Shown in pieces: positions 12,634 to 25,580 of a DNA stretch of 64,000 bases (its first letter is position 1; every line of letters starts with the position of its first letter). The notes below the pieces were generated by a model. The model was given only the letters and a program-made list of their open reading frames with translations, made no database searches and had not been told where the DNA came from. Origin of the DNA: Eledone cirrhosa (Eukaryota); the NCBI GenBank assembly GCA_964016885.1, contig OZ024743.1, positions 316,944,001 to 317,008,000 on the forward strand, written 5' to 3'. A program made the translations under genes and the position numbers.

Positions 12634-13825
12634 TATATATAAATGAGGATGGATTCATTTTGAAACTGATTAGACCATTACTCAAGACTACTCGATACTT
12701 GGGGTAGTCAAGTATGGTTATATTATAAAGAGTCAGGACCCGATGGCTGAGCTCTTGGTGTTTCTATGCCCTGTAACATAGTGGTTTGACAAAAGATGAT
12801 CCACAAAATATGTACCAGACTTCAAAAATATACCATATATACTTGATTATAAGCTGATTCTAATATATAGCCATCCCAACACTATTTTATATCTGAGAAA
12901 TGGGCTAAAATCCAAACCTCATGTATAAGTTGAGGCAGCTAATCAACACATTATGTTTAGATGGCATGGTTTTGAAATTTTCATGAATGGAGAATATATT
13001 TATGAAGTTTTAAAATTTTGATATTTAAAATGTTTTAAGTGTCATTTAGAGTATAATTTTTGTTTCACAACTCCATTACATAATGATTTTTTAATGAATT
13101 TCACATGGAAAGTAATAGTCACCTTCAAAGTGAAACTGGTGTAATATTCACCTCCAAAGTGAAAATATTTTAGCACCTCATTTACATAGAATTTTGAAGT
13201 TGGTAAAATTTGGCAAAATATAAGGTGACCCTCATTTTTTTTTTGTCACATATTTCTCAGGTTATATATGAGTATACACTGAGGTCAAAATGAGCAACTA
13301 AACCCATTTAACACAGTGCCCGAGAATGGCTACTGTCTAGTTACTGCAACCAGTAAAAGAATAAGTTTAACTGTCAATTGTTAAATTAAACAAGGCTTAT
13401 ATAGTAATTATTTATCAAATTGTGTTATGTTTGCATTTTATTTATTTATATATTTTGGCAACTCTACCCAAATTAATCTTCAGTGATGTTCTGGCAGTTA
13501 GCTATAAATATTTTACTCAAACAAAATAAGTGGCTTAACAACTCAACAAGAGATTAAATATAACAGTTGTTTTATTGGAGAAGACATATGTATAAAAAAT
13601 ATCCTCCCTCATCTAAGTAAGCTTATTATCTCATGGCAGTTTCATTATAGTTGATAGACCAATACTTCAATCTTCACTTCGAGATATGTGTGTATGTGTT
13701 GAACTTCCATCAACTTCAATGATTTTTTTTTTTTTAAATTGTTAAGTTATTGGATATAAACACACACACAGACATGATTTCATATAAAAACCATGTTAAG
13801 CCTCAATTTTAGTAATGAAATAATT

Positions 13826-14652
13826 ATCATCATCATCATCATCGTTTAACGTCCATCTTCCACGCTAGCATGGGTCTGGATGGGAATTGTCCCACTTGAG
13901 GCAAGATTGGTTGTCTTGCCCAGGACTGTCTGGCAGGTTTTCTATGGCTGGATGCCCTTCCTAACACCAACCACGTTTACAGTGTGGAACTGGGAACTTT
14001 TTACCGTGTTACCTACACGGCCACATTACAGCGTGGATTGTGTGTTTTTTTTGTCGTGACACCTACACGACCTCATTTATTTAGGACTGGTTGTGGTACC
14101 AACATAGCTTTACATCGAAAGGGGTGGTGTAGATGGCAGTGGGGGTAGGGGTAGTGGGACGGGGGGTGTATTTTGGTTAAGAGGTGCCTACTGACTAGGT
14201 TTCGCTTTGTACTTAGGCAAGGCTGGTCTTCTGTATTACTGCGTAGCGCCAAAGATCTCGGTCCAGTGACATTGTCTTGGAGAGGTGTAAGTGTGTGAGC
14301 TGAGAATTTATCAAGTCGTCCCAGGTTTTTCTGGGTCTGCCTACTCCGTAGCTACCGTCTATTTTGATCGCCCTGCACTTTTTTATACAGCTGTTGTCTT
14401 TCATGCGCATGACGTGACCATACCAATGTAGTCTTCTCTCGAGTAAACAGCATCTGATCCCTCTTATTCCTAATTTCTCACTTAGTTCATTTATGCTTTG
14501 CCGTTCGTGTATATTACTATTACACATCCAACGGAGCATGCACGCTTTGTTCCTCTCCAGTCTGCGTAGATCCTCTGCACACAAGGCCCATGTCTCACTG
14601 CCATGTAACATCGCTGTTCATATGCAGGCATCATACAGCCTGCCTTTCATTT
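13826..14652 (-). mobile_element. RTE LINE 3' fragment with (GAT)n tail
   Basis: ORF 14213-14611 MLHGSETWAL...RRLHWYGHVMRM...GRPRKTW, with an (ATC)n tail at ~13826-13843. Confidence 0.85.
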
Positions 14653-15254
14653 TTAGAGAATTGAAGTAGAGTGTACATAATACAAAAAAAAAAACCATCC
14701 TCCAGTACAAGCAGTGCACCAGTATAAGTAAATGTGGTGAGAGACTTGAGGCAACAGTGCTTGGCAATCAAACGGAGACAACCTTTTTAGTATGTTGCCA
14801 CAATAAAATGACCAGCACACTCTGTAAAGTGCCATGATAAAATGCACCCAGTCCACTCTGAAAGATGATTGGCATTAGGAAGGGCATTAGGAAGCCATAA
14901 AAACTATGCCAAATATGGAAGATATGAGCAAGATGGTTGCTCTGACCCATCTGGTCACACATCATGATAGTTTTTCCAACCCATGCCAGTATGAAAAATG
15001 GATGTAAAATGATGATGATAATCTGTTTCATTAGAAATATGGTCATAAAAGGATTAAAATGTTTATATTTATCTAAAAACCTTTTTGCTATAATAATAAT
15101 ATAATAATGAAAATAATAGTGTACAGTGCTCAGATACACTACAACTCATTAAAGGTCCATGTATAGTACATAGAATAATGTACAAATGTTAGGAAAGTGA
15201 ATAGTGTACGAGTCATGATATACACACATACATCAGTGCGTGTGTATGGAGGGG

Positions 15255-16090
15255 GAATATCAGATGTAGTGTTGGTGAATTTCGGGAAACATGGAGGGTT
15301 TGAAGGATGCAATGTCCTGACAGCTATCAACCAATGCAGGTAGTTTGTTCAATGCTTCAATAACTCTGAGCATGAAAATGTTTCCAAAAGTCATGGGAGC
15401 TGTGTTGTTTTCTGATTTTGTAAGCATGCCCACGAGTGTTAGACATATGGAATTCAAAAAGGTGCTCAGGGTTGTTGTTGGCAAGATGGTTAATCATTTT
15501 ATGGGTGTTTACCAAGTCAGTTGCCAGATATGGGAGCTTTAATGTATCCATGCCCAGGGAAGTAAGGCGTTCAGAGTATGGTAGATGCCTCATGGAAGGT
15601 ATTTGTTTGGTTGTATGTCTCTGAACAGTTTCGAGGCAGTCAATGTTCTGAGCAAGTTAGAGGTGCCAGACTGGTGATGCAAATTCTAAGTGTGGCCGCA
15701 CCATAGCTATATACAGCTTTAAATAGATAGCTAGAGAGCAGCTGACAAAGGTCTTACTGACTGAGGCCAAGACACTCTCAGCCTTCTTGACAATTTTAGA
15801 AATGTGCTTAGTCCAACGCAAATCGCTTCTAACAATAATGCCCAGGGCACGTTCACAAGAAAACTTCTTTTGATTAGTGTTGTGGAGGGAATACGTGAAC
15901 GCTGGGTTTTTCCTCCCAAAATGCATGATGGTACACTTGTCCACAGCCAGCTTGAGTTGCCAGTCCATGATCCATTGCTGCATTATGTCCAGGTCAGATT
16001 GCAGGAAAGATCTATAGTGTTCAGGATCTGTCCTTTTTATCTGAACATACAGTTTGATGTCATCTGCATATTTCAACACTGTGGCATTTT
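15255..16090 (-). mobile_element. CR1/L2-clade LINE 3' fragment (decayed RT)
   Basis: KYADDIKLY..LQSDLD..W..DWQLKLAVDKC..MHFG, VRPHLEFASPVW, LPYSERLTSLG, RGHAYKI: typical CR1-type ORF2 C-terminus. Confidence 0.85.
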
Positions 16091-16719
16091 TTTGTTATAA
16101 CCTTTGTTATGTTATGTTCCAAACACCAGATAAATAATGAGTTAATTATATATAATTAATTTTATTAATGATGTGTTAACGAAAGAGTTAATTGTCTACA
16201 TCTCTCACTTGAAAGTTTTGACATTGTGCTCATATTTTAGAAATATTATAACACTTTTTGTCATTAATTTTGTTTGTGTCTAGCCTCAATTAACTAAGGA
16301 TTCTTAATGACTAACCTAATTACATGTTTGTACATAAGTTCAACAGTAGGCACTGAATTGGCAGAGTTGTTAGAATACTGGATAGAATGCTTTGTGGTAT
16401 TTGTTTCAACTCTCCGAGTTCAAATCACACCGAGGTCAACTTTGTCTTTTATTCATTTGAGCTTGATAAAAAAATGTACTAGCCAAGTACTGGTGTCGTT
16501 TCTTCCTCTATATCTCGTTCTCATTTCCATTTTTATATTCTCTATCCTTCTCTGGAAGAAATCTGCTGTTTTCAGGCCTGGAGAGGAGATGGGCTCTGCC
16601 AGTTTTACAAACGCACTTGAATGTTAATACGGAGCCCCTACAACTCCCTCAACAGTTATGGGACTAAAGCTGATGGACATAAGTACAACATTGAAAAGAC
16701 CAAGTTTGCCTGGTATGGC

Positions 16720-16758
<39 letters not shown>

Positions 16759-17048
16759 AGTATATTTGGCAATATACCGTATGTTTAATTAAAAACATTT
16801 AGAAGACCATACACTATCAGTTTTAAAGTAGTGACTATGTCACTTACTTCTATTCGGTGAAAGAAGGGAGAGAAGCTGACAGTCTGTTTCACGTTGGTTG
16901 GCGTTCATCAAAGTCACATACTCCCCTGTTTCTGCCGAAAATGATAGAAGCTGGATTCTTATAGAATTCCAGTAATAATCAGGAGCTGATTATACAGAGC
17001 GTTTGCTGGTCCAGCAAAAATTTGCCTGGTATGGCTATATATATCTCT

Positions 17049-17495
17049 GTATACATGCTGCATGGTAGTGAGACATGGGCAGCAACTGCAGAAGATATGC
17101 GACGGCTGAAGAGAAATGAAGCAAGTATGCTCCGTTGGATGTACAATGTCTATATGCGTGAACGACCAAGCATAGACGAGTTGAGAAAGAAACTGGGTAT
17201 AAGAGGGATAAGTTGTGGTGTGCAGGAGAGAAGGCTGAGATGGTATGGACATGTGATGCGCAGGGAGGATGACCGCTGGGTGAAGAAGTGCCAGGAAGTC
17301 CCAGTGGAGGGAAGACGCAGTAGAGGTAGACCACGAAAAACATGGGTGGAGGTGGTGAGAGCAGACCTCAGATCGCTGAAACTCACCGAGGAGATGATGA
17401 AGGACCGTGACAAGTGGAGAGATGCTGTGCTGAATAGGACCCGTCCAACCCTTGCAAGCAGGGAAAAGCAGACGTAAAATGATGATGAAGATGAT
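17049..17495 (+). mobile_element. RTE LINE 3' fragment
   Basis: MLHGSETWA...RRLRWYGHVMRR...RGRPRKTW, ending GACGTAAAATGATGATG. Confidence 0.85.
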
Positions 17496-17945
17496 TATAT
17501 TCCAAATTCTTGACTATTTTCAAAATTATTTGAAAATAATGTCTTTCATTAGAAATATGATTTAGAAATAGGTTAAAAGAACTATAGTAAGTAGAAAGAT
17601 AACGTGTGGGAGTTGAGTAAATCAAAATATATGAAGTTGGCATTTAAAAGGGAGGGACAGAAACAAAGTTGATTGCAGATTAATCCTGGTAGTAAATATT
17701 TCACCGGTTAAATGGCCAGTTGTAAAGCAGGATATGGAGATAATTCAAATATAAAAGAAAACTATTCTTTGTATTGATAGCTGAGCTAGACTTGACATTT
17801 GCATGCAAGTAAACTGACCTAAGAAGAGAGGATTAACTACAGGCATTAAGTAACAAATAAAGATTTCTGGAGGCTGTAGATTTATTCACACAGACATGTG
17901 CGCACACACACACACAGACACGTGCGCACACACACACACACACAA

Positions 17946-18094
17946 TCTTTTATTAAGGTCAAGCTTGAGTTTTGTTGCTCTGGAGATTTTCTGGTGTACT
18001 CTCAGGGTTATCAGTCAAGTGTGTATATGTATGTGTATATATATATATATACATCTTCAGAGCAACAAAACTCAAGCTTGACCTTAATAAAAGA
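17946..18094. repeat. Inverted repeat, 42-bp arms, spacer containing (TA)n
   Basis: TCTTTTATTAAGGTCAAGCTTGAGTTTTGTTGCTCTGGAGAT (17946-17987) vs 18053-18094, 1 mismatch. Confidence 0.9.
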
Positions 18095-18379
18095 ATATAT
18101 GTGTGTATATATGGTGATGATGGTAATGTTGATTAGTGAGATGAAAGGCTCTTATGCAAAATTAACAACAACAAATAGTCATTAAGGAAAAACTGTTTAT
18201 TATAAAAATATACAAATAGTTCATGTGCTCATATGTGCTGATGTAGACGAGAGATTTTACTTCACCGTTTTAGTAATAAATTAACAGATACTGAAACATT
18301 GTGTATCAATTAGAATTTGAGAGAAATCCTGTATGAGAACCTTTTTTATTTTATCATGGAAGATAATTATGTGCCAATG

Positions 18380-18990
18380 GATACAGGGATTGAACCTATA
18401 TCATTACAATTGTAAGCCCAATACCTTACCTAGACAGGACACCAGTCCATGGCTGGGTTAACCCCCAGCTGCTGATATTTAATTTCTGCTGAGTTGATTG
18501 GAGCAACATGAAATGAAGTGCTTTGCTCAAGAACACATTGTGCCAGTGGATACACCCATAAAAATAAATAATGATTTCTTATGATAGCATCAAGCCTCAT
18601 TGGAGACTCATCAAGCTGGAGCTTATCCCAGTTTCATTGGTGTTAACTTTATCACATGGTTAAACCCCAGCTGTTGCAGTTGGTACTTATTTTCAGCTAA
18701 GTTGACAGAAGCAACATGAAGTGAAGTGTCTTGTTCAAGAATACAATGTAGTGCCTGTTCCAGGAATTGAACCTATGGCATTACAATCATAAGCCCAACA
18801 CTTTAAGCTAGACTGGACACCAGTCCATTTCAGAGTTAACCCTCAGCTACTGGTACTCAATTTCTGCTGAGTTGATTGAAGCAATTTGAAATAAAGTGTT
18901 TTGTTTAAGAAAACATGCGAATGGATCTAGGAATTGAATCTACAGCATTAAAACTGTAAGTCCAACACTTTAATCGCCAGGTACACGCAT
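18380..18990 (-). mobile_element. Cluster of ~3 partial tRNA-headed SINE copies (second family)
   Basis: Repeated GAGCAACATGAAATGAAGTG(T/C)(C/T)TTGCTCAAGAACAC and GGAATTGAACC (B-box on the - strand). Related copies at ~20690, ~42045 and ~44100. Confidence 0.6.
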
Positions 18991-19989
18991 AAAGAAGAAT
19001 GGAAATGTGAGGTTGTGATGTTCATAAATATTTTAAGTAACATTTACAATGTTAGTGAAATATCAACTGAAACTGAAGATTTAGTTTGTCTAAAATATTC
19101 TGTTTTATCTCAGTTTTATCTAGAAAAGAAAAGAAATATTGATTTGTAGGTGTGTTTCATTTTAAGTCTCTTTCAAGTATCACAGAAAATCCAGCAATCT
19201 TCTGGCAATCACCATAGATAATGGTTTTTAATTTCGATATATAGCCAGCAATTTTTGGAGTGAATGAAACTCAATTACATAGCCCCCACACCCTCAGCAT
19301 TTAACTGGTACTTTATTGTAAGGACCTCAGAAGGCAAAGTTAACCCTAGCAGGATTTGAACTCAGAAACTAAAGTGCCTGGACAAATACCACAAAGAATT
19401 TTGTCTGTTGCTCTACTAGTTCTGCTAATCAATTTATGAAATGCAACATACATAATCATCCAACATAGTTTCCTTTGACCTTCATTTAAATCAATTAATC
19501 ATTTTCTTTCATAGACATTATTTTACATTCATTGATATCAATTATAATAATTGTCTTTAATTTTTCTACTGGGGCACCACCTTGATTAAGTCAATCTTAT
19601 CGACCCCACTACTTATATTTTCAAGTCTGATACTTTATTTTATCAATCTCCTTTTTACTGAACTACTAAGTTACAGGACATTAATATAAATATAGACATG
19701 GACACACAAACACACACAAACACACACACACACTCACATATATGTGTGTATATAATGGGCTTCTGCTGTTTATGTCCTCCAAATTTCACTCACAAGGCAT
19801 CGGTCAACCCAAGGTGTAACGCTGTGGAACTGAATCCAAACACACGTGGTTGCATAGGGAACTCCTTAACCACACAACAAATAAATCATTTGGAATTTAC
19901 ATACACCAATTAATCAGGTACTGTTTATTTTCATTTTATTGCTTGATTTTATATGGCAATTGTCAGAGAATATTTGGTTTTTATGCCAA

Positions 19990-20405
19990 CCCTTAACTAT
20001 GGTCATGAATCTTGTGTAATGACTGTGCAAATACAAGCAGCTGAAATGGAATTCCTCCAAAAGATCTTTGAAGTAATGTTACTCAGAGTGAATAACTTGG
20101 AGATCAGTCGCTCCAGGTAGAGCCACTACTTCTCCGAATTGAGAGATCACAGCTCCGATTCTATGGTCATGTGGTTAGAATGTCTCAGCAAAGAATTGCT
20201 GGATAGATTTTATGGGCAAAACCAACTGACAGGAGATCCAGGGGTAGACCCCAAACAAGATGGTTGGATAACACCATGAGCTTGACTGGTCTTGCTTGGA
20301 GATCCAGCTGGATCAATATTGGAAATGGTTGCTTCTGACAGGACCCACTGGAAAGCGCATTTGAGGACTCTGTTCCCACGACCCTCCCAGGAATAAGTGA
20401 GCAAA
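19990..20405 (+). mobile_element. RTE-type LINE 3' fragment
   Basis: IQAAEMEFLQKI...IERSQLRFYGHVVRM...RGRPQTRWLDN, with stops. Confidence 0.7.
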
Positions 20406-22371
20406 GAAAAAATGCCAGAGATTGAAGAATTTCTGTGAGACTTAAAATAAAAGAATGCTGACTTCTTTTAGCTAAAGGAGATCTCATCAATTAATTCCAT
20501 CCATTTAAGGCTGCTTTTAGTCATGATTAACCATAGATTTGCTCATGAAAAGTTATTCTCCATGGCACAAGCCTGAGTAAAGTGTTTGTGTATAAGACCA
20601 GCAGTCACTCATACATGCATGTCTCCCTTCTCCATGCCTCTGGTGTTGTCCAAGGGAAAAGAAAAGGCCAATACCATTTGGTACTAGTAATGCTGCAATT
20701 CACTTTTTCCAGTTGAATGGATTGACATGAAATAAAGTGTCTAGCTCAAGGACACATGTTGCCTGGTTTGGAAATTGAACTCACAACCATAAGGTTGGGA
20801 GTTCAACATCCTAACTACTTAGTTACACACTTTCACCATCCATTGTATTTATATATATCACTTATATATATATATTCTATCAATCCTGAGAAGGAGTAAA
20901 CCAAAGTCAACCCTAGTACTGGATGTACTGTTTTATTGGATAAGGCACACATTCCCCACCAACCCATTTATCTAGCCACAGAATAGGTAAGAGCCAAGAG
21001 GACACAGTTCAGTGATGGAGCAGATAAATAATTTGGTGGCCTACTGAGCTAATGTTAAATCTTCTCGCCTGCGAAAACACACAATACAGTCAATGCTATT
21101 TAATTTGTTCTTTAACTCTTTTGATACCAAATTGTCTGAAAACACTCCTGGTTCTACGATACAAAATTGTTTATTTTAAAGTGTTTATATTTAACTAACT
21201 GCCAGGAGTTGTGACTGGTAGATAGTATCAGTAATGGAAAGACCAAAAGAAACATTGATTTCCTTGATCCAATTTGACGAGTTCCATCACACTCGGTAAG
21301 TGAATGAGGTCTGCGATCTTGTCAATCGATTTGATTCGATATTTAACTGAAAGCCTTTCATCATAATTTTATAGAAGTTTTGTTATGTTCTGAACACCAC
21401 CTTGGTAATGAGGAAAGTTTGTTATTTTACTAAAATCTTCTAAATTCTTAATTATTTTCAAAATTATTGAAAATCATAGTCAGTGTCTTTCATTAGAAAC
21501 ATAACAAAAAGGTTAAGAAAAAAAAATTAAAACAACCTGTTTGATATCTAGTTCTATGACACAAAGTGTTTAATTCAATGTGTTTAATTGAAAGAGTTTA
21601 TATTTATCTTAAAGCTCTCCATCATAATTTGATGTAAGAACCGTTGTTAAATTATGCTCCAAACACCAGATAAACAATGAGAAAGTTAGTTATATTTACC
21701 AAATACCACCAAATTCTTGATTATTTTCATGATAATTTGAAAATCATAGGCAGTGTACTTCATTAGAAATATAGTAATGAAAGGGTTAAATTTCATGACA
21801 TGCTTTCTCTATTTTACATCTAGATATTCTTCTTACTGCTAACCAATATACCATAAAGTGGTCCTTTCATCTATCTAGATTAAATAAAATATATTCAGCA
21901 AAGTATAAATATATAATATATGATCTATTTGACATCTTAGATCATCAGTTAATGATGCTTGAAAAATGATGAAGACAAAAATTAAATATTGTTAATATTA
22001 GATCTCTTATTATCATGTAATGATTTAGCAGAAAATATTTAAAACGAGTTTGTTAATTAAAAACATTTATAGTCTTTACTGAGTTTTTTGCAGTATTCGA
22101 GTAAAGATTTCAAATGCAGTCATAGTACTATTTTGTACATTTTAAGGATGTCTTACTAATGTAGTTTCATCTGGTTTGTTAATTCAGATGTTTATTGTAT
22201 CTTTAGTAGTGGATAGGTTGTTATAAATATTTGTATTAGAGTAAAGACTCTAATTTTTAACGTGATGCAATCATTTTGTTTTATACATTTCAAAAATGTC
22301 TTGATAATATGGTTTCATATGGTAGAGGACACTAAAAACCTCTTATTTAAAAAATCAGTTTAGAGTGATCA

Positions 22372-22579
22372 CCCTTTAGCATTTACATTACTCTATACAT
22401 ATTATTGTATTTTCTCAGTAAATACTTTATCTCACATAATATCGAATCTAGGAGATTTTTATATTATTTATTATGAGAATAATACCTTAACATAAATATG
22501 AGCAGACAGTTATGGCCGGTTTGAACAAAAAGAGGTGACAGAATTCTGGCTGGATATGGCCTGTTTAAATGCTAAAGGG
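22372..22579 (-). mobile_element. piggyBac-type MITE in the putative 3' UTR of the tetraspanin-like gene
   Basis: TIRs CCCTTTAGCATTT / AAATGCTAAAGGG with right TTAA. Homologous to 36159-36367. Confidence 0.75.
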
Positions 22580-22678
22580 TTAAAGTTGGCTTATTTAATA
22601 AAATTTATAAATAGAATATGCATTAAATTAGATCTATGAGGACATCCATGGCAATTAATGATATTAAATATTTTTTTG

Positions 22679-23464
22679 TTACTTTTGTTCAGAAATATCA
22701 TAAATCCCTTCCAGTGCTGCTAAGTCATGGCGCTGTTTCTTACTGTTCTGTTTCTGTTGATGAAAAAACTCTAGAAATAGTGTAAGAATGACACAGACGA
22801 AAGCATTGAGCAATACAATAGGGCCACATATAAACCGGAAGTCTGTATAAGTTGAGCTGACCAGTCTATTTATGTCACTAATGCACGGCACCGTAGTTCT
22901 ATTATTTTCGGAAAGCTTTGAAAGATTGAAGTAAATATCATAACTGTGTATACAATCATTGGTTATTCTATGTTCATACTCACTACAGGCTGGGTATAGA
23001 TGTGTTATATGATTCCAACATTGTAATAGCTGAATAGATGAATTTTCTTGGACAGACTGACATATTTGTTTTGAATTAAATGTATTAAAATAATCTGTGA
23101 ACAGAATTTTCTCACTTGCTAACTGCATAAAACCAAGGCAAATGTCACCAATTGTAATAAATAAAAGGAGGGCAGCTGATGCTCGCCGACCAAGACATGC
23201 AAATCCAAAGATTGCTATACAGAGAATAAGACATCCAATATACACAGGAGCAGCTAGACCTGTACATGGGTGTGCTTTTAATGAAAAAGCACAAGATACT
23301 TCAGATATCTGGTTCCTACACAGAAATAACAGGCCAATACTTAAACCTATTTGAGAGATACCAGTAAACAGTATAAGTGAGAATAAAATATTACTGTTAC
23401 ATTGATGACATTTAGAGGAGGTAGAAGTTTTATCAAAGACATTTAGTAATTCTCTGTATGTCAT
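22679..23464 (-). CDS. Intronless 261-aa four-transmembrane protein, divergent tetraspanin-like (no CCG motif)
   Basis: The longest non-TE ORF, with an in-frame stop 12 codons upstream of the ATG. Three clustered hydrophobic helices, then a ~90-aa loop with 5 Cys and 3 N-glycosylation sequons (NSS, NLS, NRT), a fourth helix and a short polar tail. Juxtamembrane Cys at the N-terminus. Confidence 0.8.
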   Translation of the reverse strand: MTYRELLNVFDKTSTSSKCHQCNSNILFSLILFTGISQIGLSIGLLFLCRNQISEVSCAFSLKAHPCTGLAAPVYIGCLILCIAIFGFACLGRRASAALLLFITIGDICLGFMQLASEKILFTDYFNTFNSKQICQSVQENSSIQLLQCWNHITHLYPACSEYEHRITNDCIHSYDIYFNLSKLSENNRTTVPCISDINRLVSSTYTDFRFICGPIVLLNAFVCVILTLFLEFFHQQKQNSKKQRHDLAALEGIYDISEQK

Positions 23465-23580
23465 TTTGAAAATTTTAACATCACTTTCTTGAGCCTTTCT
23501 TTAAGTTACTAATGTTCCTGATGTTAGTAATGTTGCTGCTGCATTTATAGTATTGGTAGTTCTGCAAGAAAGAAAACAAT
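23465..23580 (-). other. 5' UTR portion of the coding exon plus splice acceptor of the tetraspanin-like gene
   Basis: - strand ATTGTTTTCTTTCTTGCAG| (AG at 23563-23562), 97 nt upstream of the ATG. Implies an upstream non-coding exon at higher coordinates. Confidence 0.6.
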
Positions 23581-24599
23581 GTGTTAATACATATTCTTAA
23601 TAAGATACAAATATTTTAGTTAATTAGTCATAAGATTACTCCATCCCTGGTCATCACTGACTCTGGGTTTTCACTTGGAAATTCCATCTCCAAGGTGTTT
23701 TCTGAAAGGTCAGCAGTCACCCAAACATGTTAGTTACCCCTTCCCATATTACTGATATTGTCCAAGGGAAACATAAAGCTCCATAGGGCTTGGCAATGAG
23801 AAATAAAGTGTCTTGCTCAATGACACAACATGCAGCCTGGTTTGGAAATAAAACTGACAGTCTTAGAATGAGCCAAGCACCTTAACCATATGCCTTCACA
23901 TTAGACTATTAAACTTCTGTCATTTGATATATGAGGGTTGACTGAAAAGTTCATAGGCTGACCAAGATACTCTCATGGAATGACCAAATGAGATTTATTT
24001 TTTAACATAGTCATTGGAAAGAAACAGTGCAGTGTTGAAATTAATGCATGCAAGATTTCTCAAATTAGATTTATCAATGTAAACATTTGACAAATTGATT
24101 TTATGAGAAAACTAATTTATTTTTTAATAAAATTTGTATCATAATCATCATCATTTCACATCCACTTCCCATGCTGGCATAGGTTGAACGAGGTGTTAAG
24201 GTTGAAAACTTGACTACTTGGTAGTCTGACTTGCACACACATTCCATTTTTGGTATAGTTTCTATAGCTGTTTGCCTTTCTTAATACCAAACACTTTACA
24301 GAGTGTACTGGGTGTATTAGGGAAAAGAAAGGAAGGAGCAAACATACCCAAGAAGTAGTGAATGGAAGAGGCTTAATTCGAGCATGGACCAGTCTGAAAA
24401 ACAAAAAAGGAATAAAAAGAATTCATGAGAAAATGTTAGTGTACATGAATGTCAGTTGAAGGCATTTGCTCAAAGTATAGTGCAGAGGGAATTAACCTGA
24501 AACCACATAGCCGTGAAGTAAACTCCTTAACCACACAGCCATGTCCACTCATTGTATACTAAATCAAGGCAAAATAGAATGTTGTTATTACTCTCTAAA

Positions 24600-24980
24600 A
24601 AGGCAGTGGATTGGTAGTATCAGTAGGGCGTCGGACAACATGCTTTGTGGCATATAATTACAGCACTTTACATTCTGAGTTCAAATCCTGTTGAGGTTAA
24701 GTTTGCTTTTCAGCCTTATGGTGTCAATAAAATAAAGCACCAGTTATGCAGTGGGATCGATTTAATCGACCCCCCCCCCCCCCCAAAAAAAAAATTGCTG
24801 GCCTTGTGCCTAAATCAGAAACATCTTCAGATTAGTTAGCTCAAATCCCACTGAGGTTAGCTTTGTCTTTCATCCTTATGAATGTCCATAAAATAAAGTA
24901 CCAGTAATGCACTGGGGTTGATTTCATTGACTTTCCCCTCCCCCTAAATTGTTGGCCTTATGCCCAAATCAGAAACCATT
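24600..24980 (+). mobile_element. Two tandem copies of the tRNA-derived SINE
   Basis: Same B-box, core and TGCTGGCCTTGTGCC tail as 1500-1670, present twice. Confidence 0.7.
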
Positions 24981-25284
24981 TTTATTCTCTAAAATGTTTG
25001 AAATAAATTTATTTTTATATAAAATTGGAGAAGCGGCCTTGGGCTGGTTTATAAAGTTAGTTCCCCAGATCATTAGTAAATCAAGTAAAGAAGTTAATAA
25101 GCTTAGATGAAAAAACTAATTTTATATGGCTTTAATCTTTCATTGACTTTATTAACAAATCCAACTGACAAGCCATTTACTTCTGTTAGTAATTTTTATT
25201 ATATTCAATAAGATATGTTAGTATAGCTATGCTGATGATATATCTACATACATACACACATATATATACATATGTATATATGTA

Positions 25285-25332
<48 letters not shown>

Positions 25333-25538
25333 TGTTATACTTGGGGAGGGTCATATTTGTGTAATAGTATTGCCAGACTTAATAACAGAACACACTCACT
25401 GTTTGGTTGGTTTTCGCTTCTGTCTTTTATATCGGTTAATTTAATTTAATTTTTTTATTTGGTCCTCAATGTTACCATTGACTGACCAACGGTCAAAAAT
25501 ACAGATATAATATAGACACAAACACATATATATAGTCT

Positions 25539-25580
25539 AACAAAGTTCTTTCGTTGCACATCTGCAACATCGTCAGTGGT
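25539..25580 (-). ncRNA. Minimal hammerhead ribozyme-like motif at the Penelope 3' end (degenerate)
   Basis: CUGACGA-U-GUUGCA(GAUG)UGCAAC-GAAA-GAACUU: core plus a perfect 6-bp stem II. Stems I and III are weak. Confidence 0.5.
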
